From Trichoplax adhaerens (Eukaryota > Animalia > Placozoa), in assembly GCF_000150275.1 (NCBI RefSeq), contig NW_002060947.1, positions 2,097,740-2,161,739 of the forward strand: 64,000 bases of DNA. Direction: 5' to 3'. Numbering within the stretch: the first letter of the stretch is position 1; each line of letters begins with the position of its first letter. The notes beneath the pieces are model-generated. The model had not been told where the DNA came from. It made no database searches and saw nothing but the letters and a program-made list of their open reading frames with translations. The position numbers and the translations under genes were made by a program. Below, piece after piece: positions 1 to 15,756 of the stretch.

Positions 1-692
1 ATTCGGGTAAGAATTGGATTTCTCTTTATGGATCAAGAGGCTAGAGAGGATACTATAATAGTTATGCTACGAAAAAGTTGTCACACTGTAGAATATTTCT
101 CAAAGGAGGATGAAATTCAATTTGTTGGTCAAGCAATCATTAATTATAAAATCAATTCCAAGAACGTAGCATAATATAGAAGCAGATTTCATACGTTACT
201 GAGTTATAGTATGAATTATCTGCAGGTAGAATAGGTATCCTTATTGATTGTGCTAGTTATTCATAGTTTTAGGTAGGGTAGAGTGCAAGCAACATGAGTG
301 AACGACATAAAATATCATGCAAATCCATTTTCGACACCTTTCGTAATTATAATCAATGTACAGTACTAGTAAATAGACTGTACCAAAGGATAGAAATTAT
401 AATAATCCTATAACCTACTCGACATCTAATACCAATCTTTGATTCGATCCAATTCTCTCACTTGGTTACTAATTAATCTCTAAAGTATACTGTAATTTAC
501 AGTAAACAGCAACAATCTACAACTTCAAGCGCTCATAGTGCGCGAGTAATACAAGTTCAAATACCTATCATGTATTGTGCAAAACAACTTTAGAAAGCGT
601 TAATCTAATAATTCTCACATTATAATAGACGTAGTATGTAACACATTTGTTCTTAATAACGCTATCTGTCTATTTTACTTTGATCAATTTAG

Positions 693-1386
693 GCCCAGGG
701 AGCTGTCTGTTTTAATGAAATTACTCTTTTATTCAATTGCTATGATTACTTTACCTATCGGATCTTATTTCCTTACCAAGGGATATTTATTCGAAGGTAA
801 GCCAACTAGCTAACTAGCATACAATCTATATCTAGCAATGTTACAACGTTCTGTAAGATGTCATATCTTTCATAGGATTTTACTAATCGCCTTTCTACTC
901 ACCGGATAATTCTTATCTTATGATACGCTGTAAAATAGTAAAATCTACCTTTAATAACTTTGCATCGTGCAATGAGCCATATGGTGCAAGAAATATCAAA
1001 TCCATCGACACCTTCCATTCGTTATAACTTTCATCACACTGTTATAAGAGTAGCTCTTGTTCACTTTGTATCATTTATTGCGCCAATAAGACTAAATTAT
1101 CAACAGTTTAAAAGATATTTTCAGTAGCTAACTTTATCTTATCATTAAGTTAAAGGATAGACATATCCGTCAAGTTACGCTGACCTAATAAGCTATCAGT
1201 TATCTTGTTACAATCGATACTCAACTGTGTACAATAATTTTATTTCTTCATACAGCTTATATGGGTATTGAAAACGGCTCTATTCCTGCAGCTATAGTTA
1301 CTGTTGTTATGGTTCATGTTATAATTGGATTCTATATTCGATCAGCTTGGAATGAAGAAGTTGCTGAAAAACCAAAAGATGATTGA
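693..1386 (+). CDS. VMA21: V-ATPase assembly factor VMA21 (5' partial; first exon probably ends at position 6, at the window edge)
   Basis: Exon 693-796 (PRELSVLMKLLFYSIAMITLPIGSYFLTKGYLFE) and exon 1256-1386 (AYMGIENGSIPAAIVTVVMVHVIIGFYIRSAWNEEVAEKPKDD*) join in frame at GT-AG sites. Two TM helices and the 'VH..AWNE' signature match VMA21. A GTAAG donor at 7 is phase-compatible. Confidence 0.88.
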
Positions 1387-2509
1387 TTTCCAGTGTAATG
1401 AATTTTGTAAATGAGGAAGGCGATAGGCTGCACAAATACATTATGCCTATTCAATCCAATGATGATAGTCAGTTGCACTGTTGATATATAATTTAGAACC
1501 ATACTTAAAAATGTTAAGTAGTCTAATACCTTTTATATTCGATAAACATGTTACTTGCATTAATTGTTCACTAAAGCTGTTAATTGACTGATTGCAATTT
1601 TATCGTCACTCTACTAAATTGCATAGTATATTAGCAACTATATGAAGTGCCTTTAGCAGTAAAATGATGTGAGCAGACCTAGCAGGTACTATTGATATCA
1701 TATTTATTATTAAACTACACTGTTATATCATCTTTCAAGGATGCAGAATTATCTAATTCTCTTCATGTTAATCGATAAGGGGTTGCTATTCAACGATGAT
1801 GTTGCTGAAAGTAACCTTACTTTAACAGTAAGCTGTTTTGTGTGATAAGTAGATTAAGATTAGAAACAAGCTGGTGCTATAAAGAAATCGCTTACCAGAT
1901 TAATACTAGTTAGATACGTGTATACTATGAGTTATAACACAGCTTAATGAATGGTGTAAACGATATTCTCATTTACTATCGTTTTAGTATTTTGAGAAAC
2001 AATTTGTACAACTGTTAAATCAGTGGCGATATTTTTAGGAAAAGGTGTTCTTCGGTAACAATAAATAATTATAATTTGAAAGATGTGTATAGTATGGCTC
2101 TAGATGGGTTAATTGTAATGTCTCATCAAGTACATTCCTTACTATATAGCTAGCACTGTGGCAATAATATCCGTTTATCATGGTAACATATTTTCTATCC
2201 CCTTTGGTGTAAAATTACAAATCGGTAAACTGAAAATTACTTTACACAGTCTGCGATATTAAATCGCTCTTACAGTATCATAATGACTTTGAGTCCTAAT
2301 TCTTCGAAAAATGATTGGCACTAACAATTACATCTACATATCAAGATGTTAATTGAGATAGTCACCCATCTCTTCACACTACACAATTTGTATGGTTGCA
2401 ATTCCACAAAGGGTATATAAACGCTAACTGAACTTTTCTTACTACAAGCTTAAGTGATTTTTCGAATAGAAATTTCTGTAGGAAACGACGATAATTCAAA
2501 TTCTTCATC

Positions 2510-3579
2510 ATGCAAATAATATCTACAATCATCGTTTGTGCTTTTATCTTTGGTAGTGTTAGCACCCGAAAACTAGAGCATAAACTATCCAAGCGCTCAG
2601 GTAAGAATACAGGTAAAAATTTCGTATCTGTAAAACTGACGCATGACTATGACAAGTACATCGAAATTGCTAAGCTTGCTAAATTGCTAACAGTCGATCG
2701 GTGGTAACTTTATTATCAATCTGCCTGTAGCTAGGAAGATCTTAGACGAGATTTTGTCGCTAATTTTATCAATTCTATTGCTATAAATCTTCAGGTTATT
2801 CAAACGTAGCTGGAATCTTTCCTGGAGGTTACGGCGGTCCTGGTTATGGAAAATGTATCACAAAGGTAGTTGCAACAACCACCTTACCTCCATCGACACA
2901 ACTAACTACCGTTATTGTACCAACGGTCTCTACGGTTACTGACATTAGACGTATAACCAAGACTCAACGCGAAATATTTACCATGACTAACATTGTTACC
3001 GATACAGAAACTGAATTTTTGACGGAAACAGCGACTCAAACTTCTACCATCGAGGCCACTGTTCCTGTGACTTTGACAGAAGTAGCGACTAAAACCAAGT
3101 TTATTAGTGTTCCAATATACCGAAATTATCATCGACCTCAAGCTGTCTATGGCTATGCGTATCTGACACAAACTCTAATTAAGACAAAGTTGGTGCCAAC
3201 TACGTCTACAGCAACTCAAGTTTTGACTTCTGTAATAACGTCAAGAGATATTTCTACAATTATGTTAACAGATACGTTAACGCAGACCCAAACTGAAACA
3301 GAGACAGAACTGCAGACTGAAACGGAAACAGAAACAGACACTGTTACAGCAACAGAAACCATGTTACTTACTCAGACAGAAACAGACACAAGTACAGAGA
3401 CAGAAACGGAAACAGAAACAGAAACACAAGTGGAAACATCCATCTCCACAACTACGCGTCAAATTCCAACTGTTGTGCCGACAACAGTGGTTGTTACTGC
3501 CTATCGCTATCACACTGTTACCGTAGGAAGTCATAAAGGCTATGGCCATGGATACGGTAGTGGTTTTACTGGCTACTGA
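2510..3579 (+). CDS. Orphan secreted Thr-rich protein, 291 aa, 2 exons (2510-2600, 2795-3579)
   Basis: Exon 1 encodes a signal peptide plus KLSKR and ends at a G|GTAAG donor. The acceptor TTCAG at 2794 continues in frame (GYSNVAGIFPGGYGGPGYGKC...) into the 198-aa ORF 2983-3579. Confidence 0.85.
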
Positions 3580-3994
3580 AATCTGATAAAACTGCCATGA
3601 GTAGCTGCGCCTATTATATATTAATATTAACATGATGTATCCAGTTAACTCATATTCGAGAAATAGAGTAATGCGTAAACTATTTTCCTGCTAACGAGCT
3701 AAGGACTAATAACTTGATATCATCTGCACAACATAGCTTATTGTCATTCTGTATTGAAATTTCAATATGATATCTGACTAAATAAAAAGAGAATAATATT
3801 GATAAGGTAATCAACTCTTTTCTGTTACAGTTATTGTGAGTCTGTTGCCTACCAATAGTGAAAGTTTACAAATAGTAATCCTAGAGTTATGTGTTATATT
3901 GTATATCTGCAAATTGTCCAAATTGGTCATTTCTATGGTAACTAAAGCTGGACAGGTTCTGTCCATCTGTGCCTTCATGCTACTGATTACTGAA

Positions 3995-4185
3995 TCGTAG
4001 TACTGCTGTGAGTACTGTACTGTACAGTGTACAGTACACAGTACAGCGTGTAGTTACTGTAGTATACTGGAGTTGATGGCCGCACACATAGCACTAGTAA
4101 TACTAGTACACATTAGACCAGTTTGCGATAGCATACTGCCATATTGCACTTTCTACAGTACCGTACTGTACTGTACAGTACTTGA
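3995..4185. promoter_or_regulatory. TACAG/CTGTA pentamer cluster upstream of SUGT1
   Basis: Dense TACTGTACTGTACAGTGTACAGTAC-type runs 130-320 bp before the SUGT1 ATG. The promoter role is inferred from position. Confidence 0.55.
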
Positions 4186-4315
4186 TAGCGGCTATAAATT
4201 GGTTTCCTATAGTAACCAGTTGAACCAGCTTCCGAGAGCGCGAGTACGGACGATCTCCACTGCAATTACGAAAGTTTTTCATACTAAAATTGCTGAAAAA
4301 TCGAAGTAAATCCAA

Positions 4316-6651
4316 ATGGATGCAGCAAAATATTGCAGGTAATGCAAGCATGCAATCAGAGCTAGATCACAACACTGACTGAATAGAGATTTATTCATTG
4401 GAATGGTATCTAATAATAATATTATTGGTGGTGATCAATGATAGCTGTGACAAAGGCAATTACTTCTGCCTCAGCACCTAGAAAGGGTCAATGTTCAGAT
4501 ATGGGCTAATTTGATATATTTATATTGCACTGTTGTTGTAGTTGCGGTAATGAAGCTTTCGTCGATGATAATTATGAGGAAGCCATTGAGGTATCAAGTT
4601 TTTTAATAGTCATTTTGGTATAAGAAATTTACCGAGTGCTATACGTCCTTGACATGATTGTTATGGCCGCACTTACAGCTATACTCAAAAGCGATCGAAA
4701 AAGACAACACTATTGCTGAATATTACACTAAGCGTGCTACAGCATTAATTAAGGTCAAGAGATATCAAGGTAAGCTTGGTGGAACGCAAAGTGGGCATTA
4801 GACTACGCACTTACTTACGAATATATGCCGATATACGGTACTGATACAGCATATCGAAATTATTACTCATCTAAAGATTACTGTATATAGACGAGTTGAC
4901 GTATAGACTCAGTAGAGACGCAGAGAATATCTTAACAATGCTACTTGATTTTATATACTGATTAATTAATCATCTTTTATAGAGGCTATTAAGGATGCCG
5001 ATGATGCAATTCGGATTGATGCAACAAATTGGAAATCATATCTCAGGAAAGGGTAATTGAACTTATGTTACTTAGCGATAGCATCTTTTTCCCTATCTTA
5101 TTGTGAATGCAATGATGCTATACATGCTTAAATGCATCATGACTTATCTTCCTCTTAATTGCATGAACGTTTGATAACGGTGCTTTTTAAATACTTTTAG
5201 AATTGGATTATATCACATTCGTGATTACAGTCACGCTAAAGAAGCATTCTTACGCGGTCAAGAAGTCAATGGCAATGAGGAATCGTTTGCTATGTGGATC
5301 GATAAATGTACTGCTGGTAAGAATTTAACTTCGTTGAAATATGAACTTTTTCCAATATCACATTCAGAATTTATAATCATGAAAATATTTTGCTAATTTT
5401 AATTAAATGCACAGAATTGGGCCAGCAATCTAATGACAACCCTTCTGATCTTGCACAAGTACAGTACTTATGTATTCAAAGGCTCTTTTTGAATTTGTGC
5501 TCAATTAAACGACTAAATATTGTTATCTCTACACTCTATAAAGTTATTTTCAATGATTAAATGTGTCTTACTAAGAGCCCAACTATAAATAATTTATAAA
5601 TGCATTTAGAAATCAAATAAAGCTGTTACTGAGACCGATAATGCTGCCGCTGAAGTGGTAACTGTCGTATCAGCTTCACCTAAGATCAGGTACTGGATGA
5701 TCTGTATGAAAATTGATATCTCTGTAGCTATTCTCATGTTATAATTTTATCAATTCTACGAAAGGCACGATTGGTATCAAACACAAACTACAGTTACTAT
5801 AGATATTTTAAGCAAAAAGGTTAATCCAAGAGATTTTTCGATCGATTTTGACGCAAATTCTGTTCAAGTGACTTTCCAGGATCAGCATGGAAACAGTAGA
5901 ACAATATCTTTTAATTTATGTCATGATATTATCCCAAGTCAGTCAAAAGCAAAGATATTAACCACAAAGGTAAGTCAGAAAAAGTATTGCAATGGAGAAA
6001 AAAATCAAATTTTAATTGTAATTGTTGATTAATTAATTTTATTTATTAGATAGAAATTCGATTGAAGAAAGCAGAAGGGATACAGTGGACTAATTTAACT
6101 AAAAGTGATCCCGATGAAAGTAAGGGAAAATTTAATCCATAGATATTGTTGTAATTGCTACTCAAATCAAATTTTAATCCGTTAACGCTAACAAAGAATA
6201 ATATCTTCACTTTTGAAAATCTCGAAATTGTAGAAGCAACAAAGATTCGCACTTATCCTTCATCAAATCGTGGTACGAAAGATTGGGATAAAATAGAAGC
6301 TGAAATTAAACAAGAAGAAAAGGAGACAAAGCTTGAAGGCGATGCAGCACTAAATCAATTATTCCAACAAATTTATGGTGATGGTAGTGATGATGTTAAG
6401 CGGGCAATGATGAAATCATTTGTGAGCATATTTTAAATACTGCATACGTATATACTGTATTTGAATTCCGGATAGGATCGTTTACTCGCGTTATATTACC
6501 GAAAACGAATTCGCTATTTTTTTATGATGCTTAATATAATTAGGTTGAATCAAAAGGAACAGTACTAAGCACCAATTGGGGCGAGGTCAAAGAGAAAAAT
6601 ATTGACTGTAAACCACCGGACGGAATGGAATTTCGTAAATATGACCAATAA
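4316..6651 (+). CDS. SUGT1: SGT1 co-chaperone (TPR-CS-SGS), multi-exon
   Basis: [24 protein letters not shown] (TPR); RHDWYQTQ (CS domain); [62 protein letters not shown] (SGS). Stop TAA at 6649-6651. Confidence 0.95.
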
Positions 6652-8338
6652 TAACAGGATAGTGGATTAAACAGCTATGATTTTGACAATCTAATCATAA
6701 ACAATGTCAGTTTAATAACTCTTATAATTATTAGAAGATTTCGATTCATAGTAAATGCATCCTTTGTCTCGAAACTCTTCATTATTATGTACGTGCCAAC
6801 AAAGTATATTGTATTGTATAGCAGTTGTTATTAGCTCAGATAGCTTCTGCTTGAAATGTTTACAAGTATTACGTTTGTACTACTAATATCTCCAAGGCTG
6901 TTAATATTTAGGACACTACAATGTCATTGTTTGCGGTTAAATAAATGATTGACACCATACTGAATTTGTACGCTAGAAACGTTACCTGTCATTATATTTT
7001 AAATTTTGTACATTGTGATAACTACAAACATAAAAATAAAGGATACAAATGATAGTGTCGAACTATGTTAGACTTCATAAATTCTACTACGGAAATGGAT
7101 AATCTCTTTTTTTCTATGTTAACCTATAGTTAGTTTTATTGGCGCTAATCGTAGTAATTATCTGTACGATAGCAAATTGTGAACAATACAATAACTTTGT
7201 CAAACAAGAAGTAGTAACTAAATACTTACGCAGAACAAATTGCATGATAGTAAACCCTTCTATTACAATTAAATCGGTAAACCGTCGCACAATTATTGTT
7301 TTATAAACTGTACCATTTTGATGCAACAGTGCTGTATTTATGCAGGGCACAAGTACTGAAGCATGTACAATTCATATTTATCGTAAACTATGGGACTGTA
7401 TAAGATTGGTTTATAAGCGTACTTGAAATAGGTGCGAAGCTCTAGGATTGCAATACGTAATAAATTAACCTGTAAACTTTGCAGTTGCTCTAACTAAGTA
7501 CAGTATTAAAGTAGCCTATCACTGTCATAGAACATCGTCGTCTATTCACTTTGATGATGCGATTTTTAATATACAAGAGATGCTTGCAAAGGTTAGTAGT
7601 TACTACAGTAGCTCATCAGAGTCAAATACAATTTTATCTTACGAATACTCAAGTCGCGATTGCAATTGAAAGGGCAAAGTAAAATTTCTAAAATATTGAT
7701 AATTTTAGAGATGAAAATAATTTTTGTTGTACGTACTACAACCTAAGGCATTAGTAACTAAATTCTTCTACAATTTATTGACGTACATATGAGTAATTAT
7801 CGTGAAAAGGGGCTACATAGACAGCAAGATACCCGTTATATGTGGTCATTGTAAACGATACAGTATCATCAAATCTCATTCGTTGCAATGACGTACGACT
7901 CAATAAACAAAGCACGGTACCCCAAGCGACAGACGAGTACTATCACAGTACTACATATGACAAAACATCAGTTACCGTCCATTGATGATTTAATATAGAA
8001 CTATGCAACAATAAATCAGAAATGAAGTCTTTTCAACCTATGAAGGTATTGAATAGTCATTACCATATAAGCATACAGCGATAAGAAATCACAGCAAAGC
8101 GATCTAATAGTTAATTTTTTTCTTTAACAAAGTGTTAAACCTGCCATGATGCAACAAGTTTGCTCTTGAGAATAGGAACTTAATAAACCCTCACTGGTAT
8201 AAGAGGTATTTTTCCGAAGTATGTACCATTAACCGAATTTACCAAAACTTCTAAGCATATCAATTATTGCGACAAGTATATCAAATAGCATAGATAGCAT
8301 AGCATGTCCAGTAGTTCGATTGTAACACTATAAATTTA

Positions 8339-13266
<4,928 letters not shown>

Positions 13267-13684
13267 TCAATTCCTGAAAGATTAGCAAATATGAAAAGAA
13301 TGAAAAAATAGACCATCACAAGCCGATTCAATCGATTTAATGGACATTTATTCACCTAACTTCATTGCTAATGTATTGCATAATGTACACTTTGGATTGA
13401 CTGAATAAGAAAGAAATGAGCTAATAGAATTTCTCTCCTCCACTACTACTGCTATTGAATGGATATTCACGTTGACTCCTATTCTATAGTACGCTATCAT
13501 GGCCATGGTAAAGGACAAACAGTGTATTACCTATTATTTCCAAGCTGGTATGCAAAAGATAGAAAATTACAAGTAGAAGGGGATGTGTATCGTCCTCTTT
13601 GTCAAGAGTGAAAGCCAGTAAGAAGTAATTGCTTGGATCGCTTTGGACTTTTAATCGTTCTATCTATCTAAAGCCAAGGCTAGA

Positions 13685-13699
13685 AGAATGTTCTCGAAA
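13685..13699. promoter_or_regulatory. Perfect three-unit heat-shock element
   Basis: aGAAt gTTCt cGAAa matches nGAAnnTTCnnGAAn and lies ~425 bp upstream of the Hsp110 ATG. Confidence 0.8.
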
Positions 13700-13783
13700 T
13701 TGCACGAGACTCACTGGCCGCTATCATTTTTGAAACCTTTCTACAGTACTTACTATTCAGGTTACAGTCCATGTGTCGTCAAT

Positions 13784-13810
13784 CACTCGTGGTGCCTTCC
13801 ACCACGAGTG
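13784..13810. repeat. Perfect 11-bp inverted repeat in the Hsp110 upstream region
   Basis: CACTCGTGGTG-ccttc-CACCACGAGTG. Confidence 0.85.
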
Positions 13811-13840
13811 CACTTCTAAATAAAGGCACAATAATCACGG

Positions 13841-14400
13841 ACAGTGTACAGTACAGTACCGAGGCGTACCGTACAGTACAGTACAGTAGGCAAGCAATTG
13901 AAATGCAATCTCCACATTTCTAGTCTACAGTACTGTACAGTACAGTTACTGAAATGTCATTTCAGGTCCGTCTTTTAGACTGTTTTTCTGTCCGTGGCCG
14001 TACCTGCTTTACTATACTGTACAGTTGTCACAAACTTATGTTGCGAACTACTACACTAAACTAATAGATTACTTATGCCTTGCTCCACTACACCTGGAGA
14101 TCTACTGTATGGTAGTTCTTTACTACTTTCGGCCATTTACCAATATGATCCATTAGCTAAATACTGACAAAATCTATTTAATTAGCAAGTACGGTGCTTT
14201 GCTCCGTAACAACAGTGTACAGTACAGTACCTTTATATCTCATACGTAATGCAGTACTGAAGAAGACCTACAGTATGTACTGTACTGTATACTGTACCTG
14301 ATACAGTAGAGAACAATATACAGTACTGCACAGTACAGTACTGTACAGTAATGTACTGTACACTGTACTGTAGGTCTTCTTGAGCACACTGTACTGTAAA
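13841..14400. promoter_or_regulatory. Two TACAG/CTGTA clusters upstream of Hsp110
   Basis: Clusters at ~13841-14025 and ~14212-14400. ACAGTGTACAGTACA occurs at 13841 and 14212, and on the reverse strand at 14352. Confidence 0.55.
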
Positions 14401-15756
14401 CGGATGCCTGGAAGCCTGGAACCTCTCAGAAGTCCCTACTGATACTGATACCATACTGTATGATTCGAGGAATTTCCAGCAAAGTAACCCAACATTGGAA
14501 GATACACGATTGTAGTTTTTAACAACAACCCTAAATACGGAGGGACTTCGAAAAGGAAATTCAAACTCCCGACTGCGTACAGCAATTTCTAGGTAGAGCT
14601 GAGACTTCACTTCCTTTTTCCTTTCCCTAGGACTACAACTTTCCATCATCCTTTCATTACACTTTCACCAGGAATGTTACGCATATAATGACGATCATTG
14701 CTAGTTGCAGAGGTAGCTCTTACTAAACTGACTGTAGCCAAACTATCCAAACTATTACAGCAAAACTCATCATTTAGATACTCTTAGCAACACAATCATA
14801 TCTTGCCAATGAACTCGCAACATCAGTTCCAAATTATTTATCGTGCGATCTATGGTATTCATAATTGCCGCGTCTGATTAAGGCGTCACAATACAAATCT
14901 CACAGTTTTCCATATTGAGCGGAGCAGAGTCTGTTGATCCCTTGAAATCGAACAGGTTCACTACAGTATAGAGAATTATAGATATTGCAATAGAATTGCT
15001 ATGATACGTACTGTAATCATCTCTACCAATAGTCACTTCTACACAAACTGCAATGTAATAACGTACAAGTTAAAACTATTCTGTCTAGAGATAATAACCG
15101 TAAACTCTTATTTTAGAGCAGAGGGACAACTCGGAGCTTTATTAAGCTGAGCAGATTAACAAATCCATTTATCATCATGACTCAGAATAGGATACAATAT
15201 TACCGCAGAATGCTACTCTGATAAAAGATAAATATTACCGTAATAGCATAACACATGTTTCTTTCCCGTACAACCAAATATTGAAACATCTAATTGGTTA
15301 CCTTACATCATAATTTCACACTTCCTTTAGACGTGATATAAAATCAGTCAAAATAATTAACGGCTAAATCTTATAGTGATCAATAGAACATATATATACT
15401 GTACATTTCAAAGTACTGAAATTGCAGCCATAGTAATATAGTATGTACAGATTTGAAATGTAATGATACGCAATTGATTTGCCTTAAAATTGAGACATCA
15501 AAACTTTGAAATTATACATCCAATATACCAAGTATTCATGGTATAAAGTTACTGAAAGCCTTATGACGAAATCCAATAATACAATTCCTATCATAAGACT
15601 ACCAATTCTGTCAGTTTTACACAGAAAGATGCCATAATTAAGCACAGCATGGTATACAAATCACTGACGGAAATAATGACAATAAAAAGAAAAATATCAA
15701 CAATCCAAAGCAGCAACGACCGTATGATGCTACTCCAAAACGATAACGGTTGTAGG

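Noticed and set aside
235-242. GTATCCTT, a U12-type donor upstream of VMA21 exon 693
   Set aside because: The preceding sequence has a stop in the required phase, there is no convincing U12 branch site, and an ordinary GTAAG donor at position 7 fits.
2902-3633. Antisense ORFs with CFCFCF repeats
   Set aside because: They are the shadow of the ACA-GAA (Thr-Glu) codon repeat on the + strand.
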